Below are positions 22,522 through 32,601 of a DNA stretch of 64,000 nt, in pieces (positions within the stretch are counted from its first letter, which is position 1; each line of letters starts with the position of its first letter). The notes under the pieces were generated by a model that was given only the letters and a program-made list of their open reading frames with translations, was not told where the DNA came from and did no database searches. Where the stretch lies: the NCBI GenBank assembly GCA_965237525.1, contig CBDEFO010000008.1, positions 192,001 through 256,000 on the forward strand, given 5' to 3'. Position numbers and translations under genes: made by a program. Source of the stretch: Candidatus Latescibacterota bacterium. Lineage in GTDB: Bacteria; Latescibacterota; CBDEFO01.

Positions 22522-23814
22522 GTGGGAGAAAAATCCGGGCAGATGTTTGATGAGGCTAAGAAGTATATTCCGGGCGGCGTGAACAGCCCCGCCAGAGCCT
22601 TCGGCCCCGTCGGCTGTGACCCGATATTCATCGAAAGGGGAAGCGGTTCGAAGGTCTACGATGTGGATGGATTAGAATACATAGACTATATATGTTCGTG
22701 GGGCCCCCTGATAGCGGGTCACGCTCATCCCAAAGTTGTGGATGCGCTCAAGGATGCCTGCGGGAGGGGGACGAGCTTCGGTGCTACTACTCAAATAGAG
22801 ACACAGCTTGCTAAATTTATTGTGGAGTCCGTCCCTTCTATAGAGATGGTCAGAATGGTGAATTCGGGCACAGAGGCTGCAATGGCGGCCGTGCGTCTAG
22901 CCAGGGGCTACACAGGAAGGGATAAGGTGATAAAGTTCGAGGGGTGTTATCACGGACATGCCGACTCCTTTCTGATCAAGGCAGGATCATCGGCTGCGAC
23001 CTTGGGAGCGCCCGACAGTCCGGGCGTAACACAGGCTACGGCAAAGGACACCGAAATCGTTCCGTTTAATGGCATAGAAGCCGTGGAGACCGCAGTTGAA
23101 GCTTCAAATGGGAATATAGCAGCCATCATCGTGGAACCGATAGCCGGAAACATGGGCGTTGTCTCCCCTAAAGAAGGGTTCCTTGAGAGATTGAGAGAGA
23201 TGACAGCAGCAGAGGGGATCATCCTGATATTTGACGAGGTTATTACGGGCTTCAGGGTGAGCTTAGGCGGCGCTCAGGAGCTATACGGGGTCATCCCCGA
23301 TTTGACCTGCCTGGGTAAGATAATAGGAGGGGGCCTCCCTGTCGGAGCTTTCGGAGGCAGCAGGGAGATTATGGAAAATGTATCGCCTTTGGGGGTGAAG
23401 GTCTTCCAGGCGGGAACCCTTTCGGGGAATCCATTAGCCATGACTGGAGGCTACGAGACCCTAAAGCTCGTAATAGAGGAAGGGTCGTACGATCGGCTTG
23501 AAAGCAAGGCGTCCGAGCTTTGTGAGGGATTTGAGGAGAACATAAGAAAGCTTGGGCTCAATCTGACCTTAAACCGGGTAGGCTCGATGTTCTGCCTCTA
23601 TTTCACGGATCAACAGGTACTAGATTACGCCTCCGCTTCCACCTCAGATACCTACAGGTTCGCCAGGTACTTCAGGTCGATGCTCAAGCTGGGGATCAGC
23701 ATCGCTCCTTCTCAATTCGAGGCGGGCTTCGTATCTTTGGTTCACACTGATGACGACATAGAAAAGACTATAGAGGCCAACTATAACGCCTTGAAGGCAG
23801 CAGACAGTATATAG
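22522..23814 (+). CDS. hemL: Glutamate-1-semialdehyde 2,1-aminomutase
   Basis: [52 protein letters not shown]. Confidence 0.97.
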   Translation: MGEKSGQMFDEAKKYIPGGVNSPARAFGPVGCDPIFIERGSGSKVYDVDGLEYIDYICSWGPLIAGHAHPKVVDALKDACGRGTSFGATTQIETQLAKFIVESVPSIEMVRMVNSGTEAAMAAVRLARGYTGRDKVIKFEGCYHGHADSFLIKAGSSAATLGAPDSPGVTQATAKDTEIVPFNGIEAVETAVEASNGNIAAIIVEPIAGNMGVVSPKEGFLERLREMTAAEGIILIFDEVITGFRVSLGGAQELYGVIPDLTCLGKIIGGGLPVGAFGGSREIMENVSPLGVKVFQAGTLSGNPLAMTGGYETLKLVIEEGSYDRLESKASELCEGFEENIRKLGLNLTLNRVGSMFCLYFTDQQVLDYASASTSDTYRFARYFRSMLKLGISIAPSQFEAGFVSLVHTDDDIEKTIEANYNALKAADSI

Positions 23815-23859
23815 TTGACAGCGGATACCACCTCTCCTAGCTTGAGTCCCAGATCGAAC

Positions 23860-23880
23860 CCCCGATAGATTCAATCGGGG
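23860..23880 (+). repeat. 21-bp palindrome CCCCGAT-AGATTCA-ATCGGGG (copy a)
   Basis: Perfect 7-bp stem; followed by an extra ATCGGGG. Confidence 0.9.
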
Positions 23881-23896
23881 ATCGGGGCAGAAGCCC

Positions 23897-23955
23897 CTCG
23901 CAATGACTGAAGGCGAAAGCAAGAAACGTCATTGCGAGCGAAGCTAAGCAATCTC
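23897..23955. repeat. GTCATTGCGAG...GCAATCTC REP-like inverted repeat
   Basis: CTCGCAATGAC / GTCATTGCGAG pair; same family at 49092-49212. Confidence 0.7.
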
Positions 23956-23998
23956 GTAGACAGGGTATTCTCCACTTGTCCACCATAAGAAGAGAAAA

Positions 23999-24376
23999 AT
24001 GTTTAATCTGAACCGGAAGGAACAGGTAGCTCTCCTGACCTTGAGCCTGTCGCTCTTGGTGGGCGGTACTATCTCCTACTTGGACTGGAAGGATCCTTCA
24101 TATATAGAGGATTTTAGAGTTATCCCCGAGGCAATCCAACCGACATCGGACAGCTTAGAGGTACCACCGGATGAGATTGACATTACGATTAACATAAATA
24201 GGGCCAATTTTGAGCAACTCCAGAGGCTGCCGAACATCGGTCCTAAACTTGCGGAAAGGATAATAAAGTTCAGAGAACAAAACGGTCCCTTCAAATCCGT
24301 AGAGGATCTGGATAAAGTAGAGGGCATCGGCTCCAAGACGATAGAAAAGCTGAAAGAGTTAGCAAGTATACAATAG
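23999..24376 (+). CDS. ComEA-like helix-hairpin-helix DNA-binding protein
   Basis: N-terminal TM; ININRA...LPNIGPKLAERII...GPFKSVEDL...GIG. Confidence 0.9.
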   Translation: MFNLNRKEQVALLTLSLSLLVGGTISYLDWKDPSYIEDFRVIPEAIQPTSDSLEVPPDEIDITININRANFEQLQRLPNIGPKLAERIIKFREQNGPFKSVEDLDKVEGIGSKTIEKLKELASIQ

Positions 24377-24951
24377 TGCTACTAACTAGCACACGCGCAA
24401 GCCTCTTGTTATTATCTAAAATCCCTGCCATCTGGTAACGGTGTTGTCCTTAGGTTCGATTTTCTTGTAATCTGAGTAGCACCAATATTTCCACGGGCCA
24501 GTCTTTCGTATCCTTACAGACTTACCAAGAACCTCTCTGGTTGTACCTTTAGGCCTCCCTGTGCTTAACACGTGTCTAACCTCATCGGTATTCAGAACAG
24601 TCGGAGTTGTACGCCGAGTCGCGCCGGAGTTCTGGCCTTATTCTATACGTTTCTTTCTTCCGGTATCTCAATCAGAACGCCCCGTCCTAACTTTTCTACG
24701 TCCGTCTTTTTCACTGAATCCATAAGATGACCGAATCTTGCACAGGCATTGCCTCTTGGAACCGAAGTGACGACACAAACATTGTAGGATAAGCCGACTC
24801 TACGCCATGTAGTCGTAGCTGATATATCACGACGGATCTGGAGATATAGTATCTTCCATAATGCTTCGTAGATGCTGAGAAGTTAAACGTGTTTCCGTTT
24901 AGCGTGGCTTTCCCTCGAGTAGTAGAGGAACAGGGAACATAAGACTCTGCA

Positions 24952-25030
24952 CCATAGAAGTCAGTCTATGAGAACTCCATAGAAGTCAGTCTATGAGAAC
25001 TCCATAGAAGTCAGTCTATGAGAACTCCAT
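24952..25030. repeat. Tandem repeat, 25-bp unit x3 plus 4 bp
   Basis: CCATAGAAGTCAGTCTATGAGAACT exact, no spacers. Confidence 0.95.
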
Positions 25031-25256
25031 CATATTGTGTTCGTTAAGAACATCAAACAGATCTTGATCGAATACGTTCGAGTGGGAGGAAGTGTATTCG
25101 CAGACAGGATTTCTTTGCAGAAGTGCTTGCGTGCTGTCGGACAAAAGCCCTTTCGGACTCGTTTCTGGATTCCAAATCAGAACAAGAGGTGACAACAAGA
25201 ATGCGGCGGAAATTAACGCTGCCAGATAGAAATATCCGTTCTGTTTGCATCAAGGT

Positions 25257-25277
25257 CCCCGATAGATTCAATCGGGG
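25257..25277 (+). repeat. 21-bp palindrome (copy b)
   Basis: CCCCGATAGATTCAATCGGGG. Confidence 0.9.
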
Positions 25278-25437
25278 ATGAGAAACTTCAACCCTTTACG
25301 GCGATATAGTGCTCACACTAAACGAATTACATGGTATTGCAGCAGATCGTTCAGCGCTTCCTACCCGAAGGGAATTAACTCCTGGATCAAAGAAATGCAA
25401 ACATCTAAAGCCTGAAGCTTTCTTTCAATTGACTTGT

Positions 25438-25458
25438 CCCCGATAGACTCAATCGGGG
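25438..25458 (+). repeat. 21-bp palindrome (copy c)
   Basis: CCCCGATAGACTCAATCGGGG followed by ATC. Confidence 0.9.
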
Positions 25459-25587
25459 ATCCGAACTTACTTTTCTCATTCCTGGCTCCTTGAGTTAAAG
25501 ATTTGAAGTTTTTATGCTAACTACCATATAAATACCCAATTTAACCTCGGAGCCTTCTCTATTTCAACTAATTTAAACACATCCCCG

Positions 25588-26064
25588 TTAAAAGCCTGGA
25601 ACAGGATACTTTGCTTCCTCTTGAGCTATAATCTCCCGAACTTCTTTTGCAGTTTGGGCGGATATTAGGGTCTTCCTGAACTCGGTGTTTTTGAGCAGTC
25701 TGGAAATTCTGGCCAATGCCCTTATGTGAGGGCCAGAGGTATCGGGCGGAGAGACCAAAAGGAAGAATATAAAGACTGGTTCGCCGTCCAGAGAGTCGAA
25801 AGCTGCGCCGCTGCTCCTTATGCCCATAGCCGCCACCAAGTCGCTTACGTGTTCTGACTTGCCATGAGGTATAGCGATTCCGTTTCCTATGCCTGTGCTC
25901 ATTATCTTTTCTCTTTCCATGACCGCCTGTAGAACTCCTTGAGGATCGAACGCCTTCTCGTCACTCTCCAAAAGATGAACAAGCTCCTCTATTATCTCCC
26001 CCTTATTTTCTCCTTCCAGTCCTACCTTTATAGCGTCTTGGGGTAATATATCAGTCAGATTCAT
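25588..26064 (-). CDS. PTS EIIA component (PtsN/fructose type)
   Basis: REKIMSTGIGNGIAIPHGK, FDSLDGEPV. Confidence 0.93.
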   Translation of the reverse strand: MNLTDILPQDAIKVGLEGENKGEIIEELVHLLESDEKAFDPQGVLQAVMEREKIMSTGIGNGIAIPHGKSEHVSDLVAAMGIRSSGAAFDSLDGEPVFIFFLLVSPPDTSGPHIRALARISRLLKNTEFRKTLISAQTAKEVREIIAQEEAKYPVPGF

Positions 26065-26178
26065 CCGTGGCTCCGTATTGAAATCAGTAGACAGGCTAAG
26101 GGGCTTCAGGCACCAGGGCGCACAGATACCAAGAATCGTATCTTTGTGGCTGACTTTCGCCTTCTTAGCCTTCGCCTC

Positions 26179-27078
26179 TCAAAAGAGCTTGACCTTGATC
26201 TGAGTGTATTTCTGTGGATCCTCTCTAAACTCCTTTATAAGCGTACTCAGGTCCTGCACCAATATATCCAGATCTTCGTAGAGCTGCTCATCCTCTAACA
26301 TCCTGCCTAAAGTGCCATGACCTTTATCCAATTTCCCTGTAATGCTCTCCATAGACTTTGATATTCTCTCTAAATAGGACGATGCATTCTTCAAAGACCG
26401 GGATCCCTCCTCAAAGTTATCTATCATCGCTTCTATCTTCTGCTTTTGAGACCCTGTGACATCTTTTATATCGCCTGAGACGGACTTAACATCCCTGAGT
26501 ATGGGGCCCAGTTCGTGCATATCGTTGGAGATCAGATTCTCAAGATCTGCTGTAAGGTCGCGTATATTCTCCAAGCTGCCCTTGATCCTTTCTTCCGACC
26601 CCTTGTCTAAAAGCGAATCGAGTTTCTTTAATAGATCTGAGATGTCCGACAACATCGGATCTAAAAACGATGTCAACTTCCCCGTCCCTTTCTGATAGCT
26701 TCCGTCTATCGTATCCCCATCCTGTAGCATCTTTTGGACCACCCCCAAGGTTATCCCCACGTACTTTTCCCCCAGCAAAGAGATACTCCCGATGTAGACC
26801 TTTGAATCCTTTGGAATTTGAAACTCCCTCTTTATCCTCATATCCACTGTCACAGTGTTATCGTCCTCCAGATGCATATCCTTTACCTTCCCGACCTTAA
26901 AGCCCGCTATCGTTACAGGATCGTCCTTACCCACACCCTGGACGTTCTTCATGCGCACGTGTATTGTGTACTCAGCGCTTCTTATATGATAATCCCCGAA
27001 GTAGATCAAGCCCACTATAAGTACTATAACCGCAACGAATATCACCATCCCTACCTTCGCCTCTTGACTGTATCTCAT
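26179..27078 (-). CDS. mlaD: MlaD/MCE family protein
   Basis: N-terminal TM, PVTIAGFKVGKV, LLGEKYV, helical tail. Confidence 0.88.
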   Translation of the reverse strand: MRYSQEAKVGMVIFVAVIVLIVGLIYFGDYHIRSAEYTIHVRMKNVQGVGKDDPVTIAGFKVGKVKDMHLEDDNTVTVDMRIKREFQIPKDSKVYIGSISLLGEKYVGITLGVVQKMLQDGDTIDGSYQKGTGKLTSFLDPMLSDISDLLKKLDSLLDKGSEERIKGSLENIRDLTADLENLISNDMHELGPILRDVKSVSGDIKDVTGSQKQKIEAMIDNFEEGSRSLKNASSYLERISKSMESITGKLDKGHGTLGRMLEDEQLYEDLDILVQDLSTLIKEFREDPQKYTQIKVKLF

Positions 27079-27140
27079 CTTTGGTTCCCTGTATGCAATG
27101 ACTGCAGCATTAGATACTACAGCACATTCTAACGAAAGGG

Positions 27141-28214
27141 CTATGCGGATACTAAACTTACATCTAGCATAGGACTATTCACCGCGTTGCTTTCTATACA
27201 TAGCGTTTCCAACTGTTTATCCTCCAACTTAGGAGCAAATCTGATCGTCACATCCACTCTTGACGATGGCTCAACAGATAGAGGAAGCTTGGGCAGCGAA
27301 AGCAGGCGGAATTCCTCACCAGCGGACGCTATATGTACCCTTGTTATCTTCAGTGGGGCAGAACCTGTGTTATCTATTGTCAAGCTCTTATCCAGATGTT
27401 CGTCCTCCGACACGTGGCCAAAATAGAGAGGTGAGGGTGAGGCGGATATGAGGGGCTCCTTGATCACTCCAGAAAGGGGCAACTCTTCTTCGGCCAAGCC
27501 CTTGACAAACTGATGAACTATCGGGTCTTCTGCTCTGTCTATCTCTTCAGGCGTTCCCACAAACCTGACTCCTCCGTCGTGCAGCATCGCTATCTTGTCG
27601 CCGACGTAGAACGCGCTCTGCATATCGTGAGTTACAACTATAGCTGTAACTGACATAACATCGTGCATACGAACCATCAATTTATCTATAGACCGAGCCG
27701 TGACAGGGTCCAGACCCGTCGTGGGCTCATCGTACAATACGAACTTAGGGTCCATCGCCAGTGCCCGTGCAAATCCCACTCTCTTTTTCATCCCTCCCGA
27801 CAGCTCGGCAGAATAGAGGTTTTCCGTCCCCTCCAGCCCTACCATTTCCAGACAGTGATAGATTCTACCCTTTATCTCATTTTCCGGAAGACCGGAGTGC
27901 TTCCTCAAGCCGAGGCCTATGTTTTGGTCCACCGTCAGCGAATCGAAGAGCGCCGAACCCTGGAAGACCATCCCGAACATCTTTCTTATCCCCATAAGCT
28001 CCTTGTAGCTTATCTTCGTTATATCGCGGTCATTTACAAGGACCGAGCCGCCGTCTGACTTTAAAAGCCCGATTACAATCTTGAGGAAGACGCTCTTTCC
28101 GCATCCACTCCGGCCGACGACTACGACGGTCTTCCCTTCGTCTATCTGGAGGTTCATCCCTTCCAGAACATGATTGTCGCCGAAGCTCTTGTAAAGGTCC
28201 ACAACTTCGATCAT
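27141..28214 (-). CDS. mlaF: MlaF-type ABC ATPase with C-terminal ASH/Ig-like extension
   Basis: GRSGCGKS, LSGGMKKRV, YDEPTTGLDP, VTHD; start at MIEVV. Confidence 0.9.
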   Translation of the reverse strand: MIEVVDLYKSFGDNHVLEGMNLQIDEGKTVVVVGRSGCGKSVFLKIVIGLLKSDGGSVLVNDRDITKISYKELMGIRKMFGMVFQGSALFDSLTVDQNIGLGLRKHSGLPENEIKGRIYHCLEMVGLEGTENLYSAELSGGMKKRVGFARALAMDPKFVLYDEPTTGLDPVTARSIDKLMVRMHDVMSVTAIVVTHDMQSAFYVGDKIAMLHDGGVRFVGTPEEIDRAEDPIVHQFVKGLAEEELPLSGVIKEPLISASPSPLYFGHVSEDEHLDKSLTIDNTGSAPLKITRVHIASAGEEFRLLSLPKLPLSVEPSSRVDVTIRFAPKLEDKQLETLCIESNAVNSPMLDVSLVSA

Positions 28215-28216
28215 GA

Positions 28217-28999
28217 CTACAATATCGTCTCGGCCAGAACGTAATCCAGCGTCAAGATTATAAGGCAGGCGTTCACCACAGCTGAGGTTGTCGCAAGTCC
28301 CACTCCCTCGGCACCCCTTTCGGCGTTGTAGCCCTGATAACAGCCGATAAAAGTTATGATCAGACCGAAGACACACGCCTTGGTCAGACCGTAAGTGACA
28401 TCTTTATACTCAAACAAGAGCCTCGCCCCCTTCATAAATTCTCCCGTCGTCAGTCCTATCGACTGAACCGCCACGAACCATCCCCCTAGTATCCCGATAG
28501 CCATAGCAAAGACTGTAAGCACAGGGATCATAATCATTCCAGCTATAACCCTTGGAACCACCAAATATGCCACTGAATTGAACGCCATTGACTCCAGGGC
28601 GTCTATCTGCTCTGTTACCTTCATTGTCCCCAACTCCGCCGCTATTGTAGCTCCTACGCGCCCTGCTAAGACCAGAGCGGGCAAAATCGGCCCCAATTCC
28701 AATATCACAGACTTGCCCACGACACTGCCGACCAGATATAAAGGTATATATTCTCTGAACTGATAGGCCGCCTGGACAGATGTGACCATCCCTGCAAAGA
28801 CGGATATGTATATTACCATAGGGAGGGAATTTATCCCTACCCTTACCATCTGCTCTACAGTCAACTTTCTGTACGTCGAAATCTCTCTCAGAGCTAAAAT
28901 AGTCCTCCCGACAAGGATGGAAAATCTCCCCAGATGTTCCAACAAATGCATCGCTTTACGACCTATAAAGTCGAAGAAAGACAGCACAGCTTTGCACAC
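28217..28999 (-). CDS. mlaE: MlaE family ABC permease
   Basis: ELGP...LAGRVGATIAAELGTMKVTEQIDALE. Confidence 0.93.
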   Translation of the reverse strand: MCKAVLSFFDFIGRKAMHLLEHLGRFSILVGRTILALREISTYRKLTVEQMVRVGINSLPMVIYISVFAGMVTSVQAAYQFREYIPLYLVGSVVGKSVILELGPILPALVLAGRVGATIAAELGTMKVTEQIDALESMAFNSVAYLVVPRVIAGMIMIPVLTVFAMAIGILGGWFVAVQSIGLTTGEFMKGARLLFEYKDVTYGLTKACVFGLIITFIGCYQGYNAERGAEGVGLATTSAVVNACLIILTLDYVLAETIL

Positions 29000-29027
29000 C
29001 TTTCCACAAATGACAACGGATTATATA

Positions 29028-29861
29028 CTAAAGATCGAAGAAGAATCCACCGCCCAGATAATTCTCCACCTTGTCGTAATACTGTCCCTCCTGCCTCATC
29101 CCTCTGTGATACACAAGCGCTAACATTATTCCGCCACTGTCCTTGAAGCCGAACTTTAGCCCCAACTGTATTTGATGAATCAGAAAATTGCCTCCCCTTT
29201 TCCTCCCCTGGAGGTCATATGCAAAATATGGAAAAATATTCTCTCCCAGCGTTGAACCCTCTACTTTTCCCCCTAATTGAAACCAGCCCTTGGGAAGAGA
29301 AGGAATGTTGTGATAATCGTAGCCGACTCTCGAATACATTCTCAGATTCTCAAATCTGTAGGAGAAAGCAATGTCGATAAACTCCTTGCTAAACGTTCTC
29401 CTTTCGTCCTGCACGTTTCTGTGGCCGTCTCCGAAGTGCGCGCTTATGTGGCTTAGTCTGAATCGCAAAGAGCTCATCCCCACGGCCCCATCGACTCGAA
29501 TAGAGACGAGGTAATCCACAGTATCTAAAGGGAACCCGACCCCTTCTTTTCCAAGCCTCGACGACACTCCCCCGTCTATGCCGCCGTTCAACTTCAACGG
29601 CTCGCTGTTGCCCCTATCTATCAGGATTCCGACAATTTCTGTCGATTTCCCTATGATTCCCCTGAAGTAAGAGCCTGCCTTTACCATCCCAGTCTGAACT
29701 TCCCAGGGATCGGCTGTCAGGGACTCAAATAGTCTCTCCTTGGGCATAAACTCCCACACACCCGCGCGCGCCCTGGACGACGCAACCGTCAAAGTCATAC
29801 CCAGAACCATTATGGCCCTTACTATACAAAATAGTAAATCTGATGGCCATTGGCAAGCCAT
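29028..29861 (-). CDS. DUF1207-like predicted outer-membrane protein
   Basis: Signal peptide, LFESLTADP, RLSHISAHFGD, beta-rich with terminal FFFDL; start uncertain. Confidence 0.65.
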   Translation of the reverse strand: MACQWPSDLLFCIVRAIMVLGMTLTVASSRARAGVWEFMPKERLFESLTADPWEVQTGMVKAGSYFRGIIGKSTEIVGILIDRGNSEPLKLNGGIDGGVSSRLGKEGVGFPLDTVDYLVSIRVDGAVGMSSLRFRLSHISAHFGDGHRNVQDERRTFSKEFIDIAFSYRFENLRMYSRVGYDYHNIPSLPKGWFQLGGKVEGSTLGENIFPYFAYDLQGRKRGGNFLIHQIQLGLKFGFKDSGGIMLALVYHRGMRQEGQYYDKVENYLGGGFFFDL

Positions 29862-30497
29862 TTATGTTCCTTGGGATTCTAACTCTTTCAACTCCCTCCT
29901 GTAATCCTCGGGAGTATCTATATCTTTCAATATATCCTCTGAATCTATCTTTACTTCCAACACATCGTGGGCATGTTTGGTTATAACCTGCCTCAAACCC
30001 AACTTTACGGACGTACTGAGAACCTCCTCTTTATATTTAATATCCAGAACTAAGGGATGACCCCTCGAACCTCTGTATGTAGGAATAGCTATCCCCATCC
30101 CCGATCCCTTGTAGCCCTCCACGATCTCGTTTACGATGTTACCGCTTATGAACGGCTGGTCTCCCAATGCGATTAAGAAGGCCCTTGTCTCATCGGATAA
30201 GGCTCTCAGTCCGCATTGGATAGAGGATAACATCCCATCCTTATAACGTTCATTTACGGCTATTCGCACAGGACGGAGTCGACGTTCTACCTTCGATAGT
30301 ATTATTTCTCTTATTTCATCTGCTCTGTGACCCAGCACTACTATCACATCTTCTAAAGTTAAGCCGTAGAAAGCATCTATCACGCGCTCTACGATAGTGC
30401 TCTCCCCGATCTTCAGGGTCTGCTTCATCACGGCGTCGCCGCCCGACTTCCCCATCCTGCTGGACTCGCCCGCCGCCAATATTATGCCCGATATCAT
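29862..30497 (-). CDS. MocA/MobA-like NTP transferase
   Basis: ILAAGESSRMG, LGDQP, RGHP, DIDTPEDY. Confidence 0.9.
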   Translation of the reverse strand: MISGIILAAGESSRMGKSGGDAVMKQTLKIGESTIVERVIDAFYGLTLEDVIVVLGHRADEIREIILSKVERRLRPVRIAVNERYKDGMLSSIQCGLRALSDETRAFLIALGDQPFISGNIVNEIVEGYKGSGMGIAIPTYRGSRGHPLVLDIKYKEEVLSTSVKLGLRQVITKHAHDVLEVKIDSEDILKDIDTPEDYRRELKELESQGT

Positions 30498-30559
30498 AGA
30501 GAGTCTATGCTCACTAAGCTTTAGCTACTTTTTTGAACGCCCCCATATCAATCTAACCT

Positions 30560-30914
30560 CCTGCGGCAAAGAACGCAAGCAAAATCAGCAATCTTGGGAT
30601 CATCTGATATCAAAGTGCTCTTTCCCTGTGTCCGACACCTGAGAGCATCAGATATTTCGAGCCCACGGCTTTCATAAGTTCTATTGTCTTTTCTATATTG
30701 CCGATATCCCCGCAGCCCATATGCACACCCGCTAATTTCAGTCCGCAGGAGTCCAAAACTCCTGTTACATAACCGGGATTCAGATACTCACTAAGACTTC
30801 TGTTTCAACTCCATCGCAGCCCTTCTCTGACACTTCTTTCAGCACTCCCTCAAAATCGTCGCCTGCCCTCTGTCCGTAGACGAAAAGCTGACAACCTATC
30901 TCGGATTCCTCCAT
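30560..30914 (-). pseudogene. Degraded sugar-phosphate isomerase/epimerase fragment
   Basis: MEESEIGCQLF...VSEKGCDGVET, frameshift to ...GLKLAGVH..., then stops; 3' limit approximate. Confidence 0.6.
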
Positions 30915-30943
30915 CTTGGTTCTCCGTTTGGTCCGACAAGCGA

Positions 30944-32125
30944 TCAGTTGACACCTTCGCAAAAATCCAGCGCGGTCAATGCGTATATTTGAGCGTTTAA
31001 AAAGAGCTGATCCACTGCGATATGTTCGTTGTCCGAGTGAGCTGTTATGTACGTAGGCCCATAATATGCTGTAGGGACCCGGGCGTCGTTTCGGAAGATG
31101 TGACCGTCGGCGACGAGCTTCATCCCGATAATGTCGCAACTTCCCCTTATCTTTTCTGCGGCCGATTTGAGCTTCTGAACGATCGTCTCATCGGGTGATG
31201 TCTCGTAGGGATCGGCCACCTTTGAAAGCTCCAACCTAAAGGCGATGCCCGACTCCTCTGAGAGACGGTCTAGCATATCTCTGAGCTCTGAGGTGACGTC
31301 TTCCTCCGATTTTGCCGGCACCCATCGCCTTGTTCCCACCAGCTTGCACAGGGCGGGCACTCGATTGAAGTAGTCGCCGGCTTCTACGATCCCTAAATTT
31401 ATGTGCTCCTTCCCACACAGAGGATGGCCCGGTTCGGATTCAAACTGCTCTTGAAGATCGTGCAACTCCTGGATCAGCTTGGACATCCAGAAGATCGGGT
31501 TTTTGCTCAAGGGCACCGTTAGAGTGTGCTTCGTAGCGTCCGGACTCTCCAAAGCTATTGTAAAGATTCCCATCCCGAGACTGCTAATCCATATACTTGG
31601 AGGTCCTTCGACTACCACAATGGCATCGGCATTGATTTGGCCCTTTCTTACCCTCTGTGCGAGATCTATCGCTCCTTCGTGGTGTCCTGCAGGGGACTCG
31701 TGTCCGACTGTGCCTGTTATCCATAGATCGCCTTTGAGCCTTATTTTCGAATCTGAGATGTCCTTCACAGCACAAGTTGCAGCGGCCAGCCCTCCTTTCA
31801 TATCCTCAGAGCCCCTTCCCCACAAAACCCCACCCTCCAACTTGGGGCGCACACAGTTTCCTATCGGAATCGTATCTAAGTGACCGTTGAACATCAGACT
31901 CGGTCCGTCCCCTGCCCCCGGCAATTTTCCTATCACATTATGTCTGTTCTCTTCGATCTCATCCATCTCCACTTCCAGTCCAATTTTCTCTAATTGTTCT
32001 GCGTAGAACTTGCCTACTTTTCCCTCTTTTCGCGTCGGGCTTTCGATCTGCACCATCTCGAACGCCAGTTGAGCCACATCCCTTTGGCTTATACTATCTA
32101 AGATCATTTGATCTGCATCGTCCAT
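30944..32125 (-). CDS. M20 family (ArgE/DapE-like) metallo-amidohydrolase
   Basis: FNGHLDT, GRGSEDMKGG, GHE, AHSDNE. Confidence 0.9.
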   Translation of the reverse strand: MDDADQMILDSISQRDVAQLAFEMVQIESPTRKEGKVGKFYAEQLEKIGLEVEMDEIEENRHNVIGKLPGAGDGPSLMFNGHLDTIPIGNCVRPKLEGGVLWGRGSEDMKGGLAAATCAVKDISDSKIRLKGDLWITGTVGHESPAGHHEGAIDLAQRVRKGQINADAIVVVEGPPSIWISSLGMGIFTIALESPDATKHTLTVPLSKNPIFWMSKLIQELHDLQEQFESEPGHPLCGKEHINLGIVEAGDYFNRVPALCKLVGTRRWVPAKSEEDVTSELRDMLDRLSEESGIAFRLELSKVADPYETSPDETIVQKLKSAAEKIRGSCDIIGMKLVADGHIFRNDARVPTAYYGPTYITAHSDNEHIAVDQLFLNAQIYALTALDFCEGVN

Positions 32126-32471
32126 CTTTCTTTCCTGTATTGAGAGGCAGCGAGCCCAAGAACTGCTGCAAATACAGACCTTCACGTCATCAATGACAGT
32201 ATATGTTGAAACGTTTGAGTAGTCAAGAACAATTTGCTACCTCTTTGCAGAAAAGATATTCACTCTGGACGTGGGAATATACCTTGGTAGCACGGATACT
32301 CGTATGCCCTGTGATCTCCTGATCTACTATGAGGATTCTCTTTCTGATCACTTTTTTATTGACATCCAACAAGACATCGTGTATCTTGATCAATCAAGTC
32401 CCTGTGCGATGAAAGTGCATCGTTCACAAGGAGGAATTCTATATGAGATAGCGCCTTGGAGTATCGTTGAT

Positions 32472-32492
32472 CCCCGATAGATTCAATCGGGG
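32472..32492 (+). repeat. 21-bp palindrome (copy d)
   Basis: Exact consensus, overlapping GATC on the left. Confidence 0.9.
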
Positions 32493-32601
32493 AGGGATGT
32501 TTCAGGCGTCTTTCTGTTTGTACTGGACCTTGGAAAGAGTAAACTGTTAAAAACACTGAACTCCGAAGGACTCTGTTCTTTCTTTAAAGGAGGATCGAGC
32601 A

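Noticed and set aside
24952..25030. CRISPR array
   Set aside because: The 25-bp units abut with no spacers, and there are no cas genes.
28215..28376. N-terminal extension of MlaF
   Set aside because: It overlaps mlaE in another frame; the plausible start is 28214.
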